In this document: one piece after another, positions 1 through 10,080 of the stretch
Layout of the letters: each line of letters begins with the position of its first letter
How positions within the stretch are numbered: position 1 is the first letter of the stretch
From: Vulcanimicrobiota bacterium
GTDB taxonomy: Bacteria > Vulcanimicrobiota > Xenobia > Xenobiales > JADMJV01
Direction of reading: 5' to 3'
NCBI GenBank assembly: GCA_050250895.1
Contig: JBFWNU010000001.1
Location: 1,096,008 to 1,160,007 of the forward strand
Length of the DNA stretch: 64,000 bases
Notes under the pieces: generated by a model
The model's database searches: none
The model's input: the letters and a program-made list of their open reading frames with translations, nothing else
Told to the model about the DNA's origin: nothing
Translations under genes and position numbers: made by a program

Positions 1-69
1 GTCTTCTTGCTGTTTCTGGCCATCGCGCTGATCTACGCCTGGAAGAAAGGGGCACTGGAATGGGTCTAA
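1..69 (+). CDS. nuoA: NADH-quinone oxidoreductase subunit A, C-terminal fragment (5' end outside window)
   Basis: Frame 1 reads [22 protein letters not shown], the classic NuoA C-terminal WKKGALEW motif; overlaps the nuoB start. Confidence 0.93.
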   Translation, partial: VFLLFLAIALIYAWKKGALEWV

Positions 70-668
70 TCGAACGAATCCCAGCCTACATCGAAAAAAT
101 TCCTAACGGGGGCATCCTGATGGCTCCCATTGACTGGATCCTCAACAACGCCAAAGCGTCGTCCATCTGGTACATGCTGTTCGGCCTGGCCTGCTGCGCC
201 ATCGAACTGATGGCCACGGGGGCGTCGCGCTACGACTTCGACCGCCTGGGAATGATCTTTCGGGCCACCCCCCGCCAAACCGACCTGATGATCGTGGCCG
301 GGACCCTGACCTTGAAGATGGCTCCCCGCGTCAAGCTGCTCTACGACCAGATGCCCGAACCCAAATACGTCATCGCCATGGGCGGTTGCACCGTCTATGG
401 CGGGCCGTTCTATCACGATTCGTACTCGGTGCTCAAGGGAGTCGACAAGATCATCCCCGTCGACATTCACGTGGCCGGCTGCCCTCCTCGCCCCGAAGCT
501 CTGCTCAACGGCTGCATCGAGTTGCAGAAGTTGATCAAGACCGAGAAATTTGGCAAAAAGCGAGACCGTCCCGGTCTGCGCCACATCGTGCCCCAGCAGA
601 TTCCCGGGCAGCCGCCCCAGCTGGCTGGTCAACTTATCCGCTCCAACGAGATTCCCATCCTGTCCTGA
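60..668 (+). CDS. nuoB: NADH-quinone oxidoreductase subunit B
   Basis: [21 protein letters not shown] and GCPPRPE motifs (N2 cluster ligands). Confidence 0.97.
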   Translation: MGLIERIPAYIEKIPNGGILMAPIDWILNNAKASSIWYMLFGLACCAIELMATGASRYDFDRLGMIFRATPRQTDLMIVAGTLTLKMAPRVKLLYDQMPEPKYVIAMGGCTVYGGPFYHDSYSVLKGVDKIIPVDIHVAGCPPRPEALLNGCIELQKLIKTEKFGKKRDRPGLRHIVPQQIPGQPPQLAGQLIRSNEIPILS

Positions 669-1132
669 TGAACAAGTACGAGCTACTGGCAAAGATCCGT
701 GAACAGTATCCCGAGCACGACGTGGTCGATGATCCCGTCAACCCCCAGGGCATCATCATCGACCGGACCCTGGTGCCGGAGCTCTTCGGATGGCTGCGCG
801 ACACTCCCGAGATGGGGTTTGATTTTCTCGAGTTCGAGACCTGTACCGATCGGCCGCCCGACCATCTCGATATGATCTACTATCTCTATTCCTACACTCA
901 CCACCATCGGTTGGGTTTGAAAGTCAAGCTGCCGCGGACGCACCCCTCGATCGCCTCGCTGGCCGGGCTCTGGGCCAACGCCGACTGGAACGAACGCGAG
1001 GTCTACGATCTGTTTGGGGTCCATTTTCCCGGGCACCCCGATCTGCGCCGCTTGATGATGCCCGAAGACTGGGAGGGTCACCCCCTGCGCAAAGACTACA
1101 TGCATCCCAATGTCGTCTTTCGTCCGGATTGA
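668..1132 (+). CDS. nuoC: NADH-quinone oxidoreductase subunit C
   Basis: WNEREVYDLFGVHFPGHPDLRRL and GHPLRKDY motifs; ATG at 668 overlaps the nuoB stop (TGATG). Confidence 0.95.
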   Translation: MNKYELLAKIREQYPEHDVVDDPVNPQGIIIDRTLVPELFGWLRDTPEMGFDFLEFETCTDRPPDHLDMIYYLYSYTHHHRLGLKVKLPRTHPSIASLAGLWANADWNEREVYDLFGVHFPGHPDLRRLMMPEDWEGHPLRKDYMHPNVVFRPD

Positions 1133-1140
1133 GAAACACT

Positions 1141-2235
1141 ATGGTTACCGAAGAATTCGAACTCAACATGGGACCTCAGCATCCTTCCACCCACGGGGTG
1201 CTGAGGATGCTGCTCAAAATGGACGGAGAGCGGGTGGTCAGTTGCGAGCCAATTGTCGGTTACCTCCACCGTTCTATCGAGAAGATGGCCGAAAACCGAA
1301 CCTTCACCCAGGTCATTCCGGTCACCGATCGGCTCGATTACTGCACCTCGATGACCTCGAACTATGTCTATGTCATGTCCGTCGAGGCACTGGCCGATCT
1401 CTCGCCGCCGCCGCGGGCCGAGTTCATCCGCGTGATCATGTCCGAGTTAAACCGGATCGCGTCGCATCTGCTGTGGTACGGCACCTTTTGCCTCGAGATC
1501 GGAGCCACCACGCCCTTCCTCTATGCCTTCGAAGACCGCGAGCGGGTGCTTGATCTCTTCGAGATGGCCTGCGGGGCCCGGTTGCTCTACAACTATATCC
1601 GCATCGGCGGGGTCAGCCGTAACATCGACCGTCCCTTCCTGGACAGGATGATGGTCTTTCTCGACGACTGGGAACCGCGCATCGTCGAATACGAAAAGCT
1701 GCTGGATGAAAACCCCATCTTCTACAATCGAACCAAAGGCGTGGGGGTGCTCAGCATCGAGAAGGCCAAGCATTACGGGGTAACCGGCCCCAACATCCGG
1801 GCCTCGGGCTTGGAAGTGGACGTGCGCAAGGACAACACCTACGCCGCCTACAGCGACCTCGCCTTCGACGTACCCACCCTGCCCGAGGGGGATGTCTTCG
1901 CCCGCTACCGCCTGCGCATGCTCGAATTGCGCCAAAGCGCGGCGATCCTGAGGCAATGCTTCGAGAAGATCCCCCCCGGAGACCATTGCTTGCCCTTGAA
2001 CTATCGCATCAAGATTCCCGAGGGTGAAACCTATCAGCACATCGAGAGTCCCCGGGGAGACATCGGCTGCTGGCTGGTCTCCACCGGTGGCGATATGCCC
2101 TGGCGCTGTAAGTTCCGCACGCCATCCTTCGTCCATATCCAGATCTTTCGCGACCTCTTGCCGGGGGTACTCGTCCCCGACATCATGGCCATCTGCGCCA
2201 GCTTCGACATCGTTCTGCCCGAGACGGATCGGTAG
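1141..2235 (+). CDS. nuoD: NADH-quinone oxidoreductase subunit D
   Basis: NMGPQHPSTHGVLR, GYLHRSIEK and DRLDY motifs; no NiFe CxxC motifs; alternative TTG start at 1129. Confidence 0.96.
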   Translation: MVTEEFELNMGPQHPSTHGVLRMLLKMDGERVVSCEPIVGYLHRSIEKMAENRTFTQVIPVTDRLDYCTSMTSNYVYVMSVEALADLSPPPRAEFIRVIMSELNRIASHLLWYGTFCLEIGATTPFLYAFEDRERVLDLFEMACGARLLYNYIRIGGVSRNIDRPFLDRMMVFLDDWEPRIVEYEKLLDENPIFYNRTKGVGVLSIEKAKHYGVTGPNIRASGLEVDVRKDNTYAAYSDLAFDVPTLPEGDVFARYRLRMLELRQSAAILRQCFEKIPPGDHCLPLNYRIKIPEGETYQHIESPRGDIGCWLVSTGGDMPWRCKFRTPSFVHIQIFRDLLPGVLVPDIMAICASFDIVLPETDR

Positions 2236-2272
2236 GAACTGACCCTATGTCGTCTCGAAAGCGGCGCCATTC

Positions 2273-3505
2273 ATGAGCCTCGATTGGATCCATAGCCCGG
2301 CCAGCAAAGCCCTGGACGACCTGTTCTTTGGAGCTACCGGTCGGCATGTGCCCGACTGGTTGCTGATGCCGTTGATGCTGCTCATCATCATCGGTTTTCT
2401 GAGCGTCTCGGCGCTCTTTCTCATCTGGCTCGAGCGCAAAGTCTCGGCGGCCATCCAGAACCGCATGGGCCCCATGTTGACCGGACCCCGACTTCTGGCC
2501 AATAGCTTCTGGGGCGGAGGGTGGCTGCAGACTGCCGCCGATGCCATCAAGCTCTTGATCAAAGAGTTGATCATACCCGGCAAAGCCGACGCCGGTCCCT
2601 TTATTCTAGCGCCGATCCTGATCTTCTCGGTCTGCCTGACGGCCTATGTGGCCATCCCTTTCGCTCCCGCCCTGGCCGTGAGCGACCTCAACATCGGGCT
2701 GCTCTACGTCGTCTCGATCTCCTCTTTGACGGTGCTCTCGATCCTGATGGCCGGCTGGGCCTCCAACAACAAGTATAGCTTGCTGGGCGGACTGCGCTCG
2801 GCAGCCCAGATGCTGTCCTACGAAATTCCTTTGCTCTTCGCCTTGCTCGGCCCCATCATGATGGCCGGCACCCTTTCGATGCAGGGCATCGTCAAGGCCC
2901 AGATGGAATTGGGCGTGTGGTTTATCGTGCCTTCCTTCCTGGGGGCGGTGGTCTACTACGTGGCCTCGATCGCCGAGGTGAACCGGCCGCCGTTCGACAT
3001 TCCCGAAGCCGAGTCCGAACTGGTGGCGGGCTATGTGTCGGAATACTCGGGAATGATGTTCGCCATGTTCTTTTTGGCCGAGTTTTGCAACATGATGCTG
3101 GTCTCGGCCGTGGCCGCCACCGTCTTTCTGGGTGGCTGGGCCGTTCCGTTCTGGCCCCCGCCCGAAAGCTTCAGCTGGGCCTACACGCTGGTGGGCTGCC
3201 TGGTCTTCTTCATCAAGACCTACATCCTGATCGCAATCATGATGTGGATCCGCTGGACCTTCCCTCGCATTCGGCCTGACCACCTGATGAATCTGGGCTG
3301 GAAGTTTATGTTGCCCATGGCCTTCGTCAACCTGCTCTTGTGCTCGGTGGTGGCCATCTTCCAGGCCACGGGCCAGTCCAGTCCCTGGATGGCGTTGACC
3401 GTCGGGGTGCTGGGGGTCGGGGCTGTAGGCATCTTCATGAGCCTGTTTAAACTCCACGAGGCGGGGGCTCTCTCTCCCTCGGTCGTGACAGGGCCAACCG
3501 AATGA
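2273..3505 (+). CDS. nuoH: NADH-quinone oxidoreductase subunit H
   Basis: ERKVSAAIQNRMGP, SNNKYSLLGGLR and NRPPFDIPEAESEL motifs; extra C-terminal hydrophobic segment. Confidence 0.96.
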   Translation: MSLDWIHSPASKALDDLFFGATGRHVPDWLLMPLMLLIIIGFLSVSALFLIWLERKVSAAIQNRMGPMLTGPRLLANSFWGGGWLQTAADAIKLLIKELIIPGKADAGPFILAPILIFSVCLTAYVAIPFAPALAVSDLNIGLLYVVSISSLTVLSILMAGWASNNKYSLLGGLRSAAQMLSYEIPLLFALLGPIMMAGTLSMQGIVKAQMELGVWFIVPSFLGAVVYYVASIAEVNRPPFDIPEAESELVAGYVSEYSGMMFAMFFLAEFCNMMLVSAVAATVFLGGWAVPFWPPPESFSWAYTLVGCLVFFIKTYILIAIMMWIRWTFPRIRPDHLMNLGWKFMLPMAFVNLLLCSVVAIFQATGQSSPWMALTVGVLGVGAVGIFMSLFKLHEAGALSPSVVTGPTE

Positions 3506-4023
3506 GCGACGTCTCACCGATCGTCTTCTATCTGTTGGCAGCGGCCGTGCTGGCGCCGGCGGTCATGGTCGTCGTCAGCGAGAACCTGTTCCATTCGGGC
3601 ATCGCTCTGGTCACCTGCTTTCTCGGGGTGGCGGGCCTCTATGTCACGCTCTCGGCCCCCTTTGTGGCCGGCATGCAAGTGCTGGTCTACGCGGGCGCCA
3701 TTGCCGTGATCTTATTGTTTGCGTTCATGTTGACCCACAACCTGATGCATCCCGAGGCGGGCAGTTTGACTTTTCAGCAAGGTCCGGCGGCAGCCATCTG
3801 CCTGCTGGTCGGGTGCGCCCTGCTCTTGATCATCGAAAATTCGTCCTTTGCCAGTAACCCGGTCAGCGTCGAGGCTATCCGTCAGGCGACCTCGATCGCC
3901 GGGTTGGGCGCGCAGTATCTGACCGATAACTTGCTGGCCTTCGAACTGGTCTCGCTGTTGCTGCTGGTCACGCTGGTGGGAGCCGTCGTGATCGCCCGCA
4001 AGGAAGAAGGCGAGCCCGAATGA
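3502..4023 (+). CDS. nuoJ: NADH-quinone oxidoreductase subunit J
   Basis: QVLVYAGAIAVILLFAFML and FELVSLLLL motifs; ATGA overlap with nuoH. Confidence 0.94.
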   Translation: MSDVSPIVFYLLAAAVLAPAVMVVVSENLFHSGIALVTCFLGVAGLYVTLSAPFVAGMQVLVYAGAIAVILLFAFMLTHNLMHPEAGSLTFQQGPAAAICLLVGCALLLIIENSSFASNPVSVEAIRQATSIAGLGAQYLTDNLLAFELVSLLLLVTLVGAVVIARKEEGEPE

Positions 4024-4322
4024 TCGGTCTGGCTCACTACCTGATGCTGGGGGCCATGCTCTTCTGCATCGGTCTGTACGGGGTCCTGACTCGCCGCAAC
4101 GCTGTGGCCGTACTGATGTCCCTCGAGCTGATGTTCAACTCGATCAACATCAATATGGTCGCCTTTTCACGCTTCAATCCAGACATCACCGGGGTCGTAT
4201 TCTCGATCTTCATCATCGCTGTGGCCGCCGCCGAGGCCACCGTCGGGGTGGCGCTGGTGCTGGCCGTCTATCGCAACCAGCGGGTCATCGACCTGGAACG
4301 AGTCGACCACCTCAAGTGGTAG
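4020..4322 (+). CDS. nuoK: NADH-quinone oxidoreductase subunit K
   Basis: RRNAVAVLMSLELM and AVAAAEATVG motifs; 100 aa, 3 TM. Confidence 0.96.
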   Translation: MIGLAHYLMLGAMLFCIGLYGVLTRRNAVAVLMSLELMFNSININMVAFSRFNPDITGVVFSIFIIAVAAAEATVGVALVLAVYRNQRVIDLERVDHLKW

Positions 4323-4812
4323 GCGTGTTGCGCGCGAACTCGTATCCTTCGAGAAAGCCGATCGCCTTCTGGGCGTGAGGGAAGCGATGCACCAATTCCC
4401 AAAAAGCCGGCGAATGGTCGGCCACCACCAGATGAGCCAGCTCATGCACGATCACATAGTCAAGCACGAAGTCGGGCAAACCGGCCAGCACGTGCGAGAT
4501 GCGGATGGTGCCATCGAGCGGGGTGCACGAGCCCCAGCGCGACTGCTGATTGCTGACCCAGCGGATGCTAAATTCGAGCCGACCTTGAAAGTAACGCCGA
4601 TTCAAGCGCTCGGCTCGCGAGGCCAGGTCCTGGTCGGTGGCCAGGTCGGCGGCCACCTGACGACGCGACAGACGCTCTCGCATCTTTTCGACCCACTGCT
4701 GCTCTTCTCGTTTAGAAAACCAGGCCGGAATGCGCACCACCAGAGTGCCCCGATCCAGGGTGGCCGAGACCGTCTTTCGGCGCTTACGACTGCGAACAAC
4801 GCGAATCTCCAT
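4312..4812 (-). CDS. M48/YgjP (DUF45, SprT-like) zinc metallohydrolase
   Basis: RSRKRRKT, RWGSC and DYVIVHELAHLV..HSPAFW motifs (HExxH). Confidence 0.88.
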   Translation of the reverse strand: MEIRVVRSRKRRKTVSATLDRGTLVVRIPAWFSKREEQQWVEKMRERLSRRQVAADLATDQDLASRAERLNRRYFQGRLEFSIRWVSNQQSRWGSCTPLDGTIRISHVLAGLPDFVLDYVIVHELAHLVVADHSPAFWELVHRFPHAQKAIGFLEGYEFARNTPTT

Positions 4813-4901
4813 GCGGATCTCTACTCCGTCGCGATTGATAAACCTTCAAGGAGGGGTGCCGAAAGGCATCTCGAAACGGCCGGTATCTCTGGGAGTCTTG
4901 A

Positions 4902-7097
4902 GTGATAACACCCGCCATGCTGGTCCTGGCCTCGGAGGGTCTACTTGAACCTGAGGTCCTGTCCGGGGCAGCAGCCAACTGCTGGCTGATTCCTCTATTT
5001 CCCCTGCTGGCGTGCCTCATCATCGCGTTCGTCACTCGCCCCTGGGGCAAGCTTTCCGCCGGCCTCTCGATCCTGGCAATGGGCGGGTCACTCGTGACCG
5101 CTCTGGGCGTCTTCTCGCAACGACTGGCCCATCTCGAAGCCCCCCCGATGGAGGCCTCCTACCCCTGGGTATCGGTGCTCGAAGGACGGCTCGGGATCAT
5201 CGAGATGGGCCTGCTGGTCGACAACCTGAGCGCCACCATGCTGGCCATGGTGTGCTTTATCGCGCTGCTCATCCAAATTTACTCGTTTTCCTACATCGAC
5301 ACCGAGATCCACCACTTCCCCACCCAGGACGAATCGAGCATGTCCCGATTCTATGTCTATCTGTCGCTGTTCGCTTTCTCGATGCTGGGCCTGGTGCTCT
5401 CGAACAACCTGCTTCAGATCTACATCTTCTGGGAACTGGTCGGAGTCTGCAGCTACTTCTTGATCGGCTTCTGGTATTTCAAGAAGAGCGCCGCCGACGC
5501 GTGCAAGAAGGCCTTCATCGTCACCAAATTCGCCGACCTGGGATTTCTGATCGGCATCCTGATGGTCGGAGTCGGCAGCGGCTCGTTCAACTTTCTGCAA
5601 CTGATGCATCCCGGTGCCCTCGCCGCCGGAATCATGTTCAGCAACGCCCTGGCGCTGGCCCTGGTGTTCTGCGGCGCCATCGGCAAGAGTGCGCAATTCC
5701 CATTACAAATCTGGTTGCCTGACGCGATGGAAGGCCCCACCCCGGTCTCGGCCCTCATCCACGCCGCCACCATGGTCGCGGCCGGCATCTTTCTGGTGGC
5801 GCGTTTATTCGACATCTTCGCCGCCACCCCCGGAGCGGCCACTTTCGTCGCCACCATCGGCACCATTACAGCCTTCGTGGCCGCCAGCATCGCGGTCACC
5901 CAGAACGACATCAAACGGGTGCTGGCCTACTCGACCGTCTCGCAACTGGGCTTCATGCTGGCCGCCCTGGGCTGCGGAGCCCTGACTGCCGGAGTCTTCC
6001 ATCTGCTCACCCACGCGTTCTTCAAAGCCCTCCTGTTTCTGGGCTCCGGAGCGGTGATTGTGGCCTGTCACAACAACGATATGTGGACCATGGGGGGTCT
6101 GAAGAAAAAGCTTCCTTTCACCCATTTCGCCTTTGCCATGGGCTGCTTGGCGCTGTCTGGCATCCCCCCCTTCGCCGGCTTCTGGTCCAAGGACGAGGTG
6201 GTGGCCGGCACCCAGAATCACCCCGTCATCATGGTGGTTCTGCTCATCTCCGCCTTTCTTACCGCTTTTTATGTGACCCGAATGTACTGCATCGCCTTCA
6301 ACGGCGACTATCGTGGCGCTGAGCACGCCCCCGAGTTCGCCGGCCCTATTCCTCCGGCTAACCTGCCGGCCCCGATGCAGCCCTCGCGCGATGTCTTCGA
6401 GACCGTGCCCGATTGGACCGAGGAGAAGGCTCTGGAAGCCGGCCCGGATCTGCCGCCCGCCTGCCTGGGCGCTCATATGGAACACGTCTCCCACGACCAC
6501 CACGAGCCCCACGAAGTGTCCCCCGTCATGTACGGCCCGCTGCTGATTTTGTCGGTGTTCGCCATCGGACTCGGCTTCATCGGCGTGCCCCACGAAATGG
6601 GCGGAAGCAACTGGTTCCACTCGGTCATTCATTCCCAGCAGGCTCATCCCGTGCCCTTTTCTGGGCTCTTGATGGGCATCTCGGTACTGGTGGCTGGCGG
6701 CGGCGTGCTCTGGGGCTGGCTGCTCTTTGGCAACGACCCGGCGGCGGGTGAGGCCAAGCTGCGCAAGATGCTCGGTCCGGTCTGGACCTTTCTGGCCCAA
6801 AAGTGGTATATGGACCATCTCTGGGCCTGGCTGGTCTCGAACACCATGTTCCTGGCCGCTCGAGTCACTGCCTGGCTCGATGACGAGGTGGTGGACGGCA
6901 GTGTGCGCGGTGTAGCCTGGGGCACCGGCCTGCTGGGCGAAAAACTCCGCTACGAGCATAGCGGCCTGGTCCAGCAGTATATCCTGATGCTGCTTTGCTC
7001 TGGCTTGATCCTGTTAGCGGTAGTGGCCTTTGCCGAGCCAGATTTCGTGCTCAGCCCAGCTCGCATGCTCAACCTCGACTTTGGAGGGCTGCGGTGA
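4902..7097 (+). CDS. nuoL: NADH-quinone oxidoreductase subunit L
   Basis: GKSAQFPLQIWLPDAMEGPTPVSALIHAATMV and DIKRVLAYST motifs; His-rich loop; exact start uncertain. Confidence 0.96.
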   Translation: MITPAMLVLASEGLLEPEVLSGAAANCWLIPLFPLLACLIIAFVTRPWGKLSAGLSILAMGGSLVTALGVFSQRLAHLEAPPMEASYPWVSVLEGRLGIIEMGLLVDNLSATMLAMVCFIALLIQIYSFSYIDTEIHHFPTQDESSMSRFYVYLSLFAFSMLGLVLSNNLLQIYIFWELVGVCSYFLIGFWYFKKSAADACKKAFIVTKFADLGFLIGILMVGVGSGSFNFLQLMHPGALAAGIMFSNALALALVFCGAIGKSAQFPLQIWLPDAMEGPTPVSALIHAATMVAAGIFLVARLFDIFAATPGAATFVATIGTITAFVAASIAVTQNDIKRVLAYSTVSQLGFMLAALGCGALTAGVFHLLTHAFFKALLFLGSGAVIVACHNNDMWTMGGLKKKLPFTHFAFAMGCLALSGIPPFAGFWSKDEVVAGTQNHPVIMVVLLISAFLTAFYVTRMYCIAFNGDYRGAEHAPEFAGPIPPANLPAPMQPSRDVFETVPDWTEEKALEAGPDLPPACLGAHMEHVSHDHHEPHEVSPVMYGPLLILSVFAIGLGFIGVPHEMGGSNWFHSVIHSQQAHPVPFSGLLMGISVLVAGGGVLWGWLLFGNDPAAGEAKLRKMLGPVWTFLAQKWYMDHLWAWLVSNTMFLAARVTAWLDDEVVDGSVRGVAWGTGLLGEKLRYEHSGLVQQYILMLLCSGLILLAVVAFAEPDFVLSPARMLNLDFGGLR

Positions 7098-8608
7098 ACG
7101 ACTGGCCCGTCCTGAGCGTCATCACGCTGCTGCCCTTGCTGGCAGCCACTCTGATTATGCTCTTGCCCGAGAAGGCCGAGCAAGCCGTGCGAGCGCTGGC
7201 CCTGGGCAGCACCGGCCTGGCCGGTCTGTTCTCGGTCTGGCTCTTCGTCGACTACAGCCACGCCCCCACGGCCGGCTTCACCTATATCGAAGAGATGGCC
7301 TGGTTGCCCCGTCTGGGTATCAGCTACAAACTGGGCGCCGACGGCCTTTCGGTGCCGATGATTTTGCTCACCGGCATCATCGGCTTCACGGCCATGCTGA
7401 TGTCGGGCGACCCCCAGCGGACCCGGCAAAGGGAGTACTACGCTCTGGCCCTGGCGGCCATCAGCGGAGTCTACGGTGTTTTTTGCTCGCTGGACCTGTT
7501 CTTCTTTGTCCTGTTCTATGAACTGGCCTCGATTCCGATGTTCTTTCTGGTCGGTATCTGGGGCTCCGACAAGAGCGGCGATGGCCGCAACATCAACCGC
7601 CAGGCAGCGGCCATGAAACTGCTGCTCTATCTTCAGTTGGGAGGCGGATTGGTCTTGCTGGGCATCCTGGGCCTCTATTTCGGCTCGGGGGCTGACACCT
7701 TCGATTTTACCAAGATCGCCGAAGCCAGCTTTAGCGCCGGTTGGCAGAAGTTTTTGTTCTTCCTACTTTTCCTGGGCTTTGGTATCGAAGCCGGCCTGGT
7801 GCCGTTCCACACCTGGCTGCCCGACGGTCACTCGAGCGCCCCCACGGCTCTGTCGATGCTGCTGGCCGGTGTGCTGCTCAAGATGGGCGGTTACGGTATT
7901 TTGCGCCTGGGAGTCCAGTTGTTACCCGAGGGCACCCAGCACTGGATGCACGTCTTCGTAGTCATGGCCGTGGTCAACATCCTCTACGGCGGCCTGTGCG
8001 CCTTGCGCCAGACCGACGTCAAGGTGATGATCGCCTATTCGAGCGTCAGCCACATGGGAATGGTCTTTCTGGGGGTGGCCTGCGTCAACTCGGTGGGCCA
8101 GGCCCACGTGCTCTATGGCCTGAGCGGAGCCGTCTTCCAGATGTTCTCCCACGGCATCATCACGGCGCTGCTATTCGCCCTGGCCGGCACCATCTACGAG
8201 ATCACGCACGTGCGCAATCTCAAGAGCTGGGGCGGTCTGGCCGTGCAGATGCCATTCTTCGCGTGTCTTTACGTGTTCGCGGCCATGGCCTCGCTCGGGC
8301 TGCCGGGGATGACCGGCTTTGTAGCCGAGTTGATGGTCTTGATCGGCATCTGGCAGTTCAACCCGACCATCGCCTGCTTTGCCATTCTGGGTCTGGTCAT
8401 CACCACCACCTATCTGCTGCGCTCGGTTCAGTTCGGCTTCTATGGCCCACTCAACCCCAAGCACACCGAGGCTCGTGACGCCAACCTGCGGGAACAGGTG
8501 GCGACCTTAACGCTGGCGGCCACGACCCTCTTCTTTGGTCTGTTGCCCGGCGTGATGGTGGCCGTGATGAATCCCACTCTACTCGAAATTTCGAAGGGCT
8601 ACATCTGA
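7094..8608 (+). CDS. nuoM: NADH-quinone oxidoreductase subunit M
   Basis: PFHTWLPDGH, LLKMGGYG and AYSSVSHMG motifs; GTG start overlaps the nuoL stop (GTGA). Confidence 0.95.
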   Translation: MNDWPVLSVITLLPLLAATLIMLLPEKAEQAVRALALGSTGLAGLFSVWLFVDYSHAPTAGFTYIEEMAWLPRLGISYKLGADGLSVPMILLTGIIGFTAMLMSGDPQRTRQREYYALALAAISGVYGVFCSLDLFFFVLFYELASIPMFFLVGIWGSDKSGDGRNINRQAAAMKLLLYLQLGGGLVLLGILGLYFGSGADTFDFTKIAEASFSAGWQKFLFFLLFLGFGIEAGLVPFHTWLPDGHSSAPTALSMLLAGVLLKMGGYGILRLGVQLLPEGTQHWMHVFVVMAVVNILYGGLCALRQTDVKVMIAYSSVSHMGMVFLGVACVNSVGQAHVLYGLSGAVFQMFSHGIITALLFALAGTIYEITHVRNLKSWGGLAVQMPFFACLYVFAAMASLGLPGMTGFVAELMVLIGIWQFNPTIACFAILGLVITTTYLLRSVQFGFYGPLNPKHTEARDANLREQVATLTLAATTLFFGLLPGVMVAVMNPTLLEISKGYI

Positions 8609-10080
8609 TGTCGATCGAGACCGCCAGCACCCTGGTAGCTCTCTCGCCCGATCTCGTGGTGACGGTGGGAGCGGTGCTGGTTTTGCTCACCGACCTGTTC
8701 CAACCGAAGTCGCATCGCTCTTGCCAGGGTCTGACCGCCGCCTGCCTGCTGGTGGGGTTGATCTGCTCGATCATGTTAGGCCAATCACAGCTCGGCCCGA
8801 TGCACCCCTGGGCCGCCCGGGTGCTCGTGGTAGACTCGATGACCGCCGCTTGCAAAGGGCTCATCTGCCTTTTGGCTTTGCTGGTGGTGATGGTCTCGTA
8901 CCGCTCGTTTGACGAAGAAGAGCGCCATCCGGGTGAGTACTACACGATGATTCTCTTCGTCACCCTGGGCATGTTGGTGGTAGCTGCCAGCAACGAGTTC
9001 CTCACTTTCTTCGTGGCCTTCGAGCTACTCTCGATCCCGCTCTACATGCTGGTTGGCTTTCGCCGTTACGAAGTGACCTCGGCCGAGGCCGGCCTGAAGT
9101 ATTTTTTGACCGGAGCCGCTTCCTCGGCGATCCTGCTGTTCGGCATCAGCTGGATCTATGGAGCCACCGCCACCACCCAGTTCAATCAACTGGCTCAGGG
9201 GGTCAAACCCGGAACTCTGAGCCTTTTCCTGCTGGGTCTGGTGTTCGTGCTGGTAGCCCTGGGTTTTAAGATTTCGGCTGCCCCCTTTCACATGTGGGCG
9301 CCCGACGCTTATCAAGGCGGACCCACCCCGGTCGTAGCCCTGCTCTCGACCGCGCCCAAAGCCGCCATGCTGGTCTTCATTCTGAGGCTGTTTGCCAACA
9401 ACCTCAATGGCCTACCCGAGAAGTACGGCCCCGAGCTAATGTACCTGTTCGCGGCCCTGGCCACGCTATCAGTGGTGGTCGGCAATCTAGTGGCCCTGCC
9501 GCAGAGCGACCTGCGCCGCCTGCTGGCCTATTCTGGGGTGGCCCAGATCGGCTACATCCTCATCGGCGTCATGAGTTCGGTCGGCAACCCGAGCGAGGGA
9601 ATGGGAGCCGGCTCGGTGCTTTTCTATCTGGTGGTTTACACCCTGACCAACGTGGGCCTTTGGACCGTTGTCCAGCTGATCGGTTCGCAGACCAATTCCT
9701 ACGCCATCGCCGACCTGGCCGGCCTGTCCCGCCGCAATCCCTTCCTGGCTCTGGTGCTGCTATTCGGCCTGCTGTCGCTAGCCGGAGCCCCGCCCTTTAG
9801 CGGATTCGTCGGCAAGGTCTACCTGTTCCGTGCGGCTTTCTCTATCGAGCCGATGGTGGTCGTGGTCGGGGTGCTGGGGTCGGTCATCTCGCTGTATTAC
9901 TACTTTGGCATCCTAAAACTCGTCTATTTCGACCAGCCCGAAGAGGGCGAGGTGCTGGCCGTGGCTCCCGTGCAAAAGCTGGTGCTGAGCCTGTGCCTGG
10001 CCTCGACGGTGGTGCTCGGACTGTGGCCCACCCTGGCCGAGCACTGCTATCAAATCGCCGAAGGCAGCCTGGGACTATGA
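8608..10080 (+). CDS. nuoN: NADH-quinone oxidoreductase subunit N
   Basis: EAGLKYF, FKISAAPFHMWAPDAYQGGP and RLLAYSG motifs. Confidence 0.95.
   Translation: MSIETASTLVALSPDLVVTVGAVLVLLTDLFQPKSHRSCQGLTAACLLVGLICSIMLGQSQLGPMHPWAARVLVVDSMTAACKGLICLLALLVVMVSYRSFDEEERHPGEYYTMILFVTLGMLVVAASNEFLTFFVAFELLSIPLYMLVGFRRYEVTSAEAGLKYFLTGAASSAILLFGISWIYGATATTQFNQLAQGVKPGTLSLFLLGLVFVLVALGFKISAAPFHMWAPDAYQGGPTPVVALLSTAPKAAMLVFILRLFANNLNGLPEKYGPELMYLFAALATLSVVVGNLVALPQSDLRRLLAYSGVAQIGYILIGVMSSVGNPSEGMGAGSVLFYLVVYTLTNVGLWTVVQLIGSQTNSYAIADLAGLSRRNPFLALVLLFGLLSLAGAPPFSGFVGKVYLFRAAFSIEPMVVVVGVLGSVISLYYYFGILKLVYFDQPEEGEVLAVAPVQKLVLSLCLASTVVLGLWPTLAEHCYQIAEGSLGL

Noticed and set aside
1141-2235. Group 4 NiFe-hydrogenase large subunit
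   Set aside because: No N- or C-terminal CxxC Ni ligands; the quinone-site motifs of NuoD are present
4855-4870. GGTGCC-GAAA-GGCATC GNRA hairpin upstream of nuoL as a riboswitch
   Set aside because: A single hairpin; no second stem or recognisable aptamer consensus
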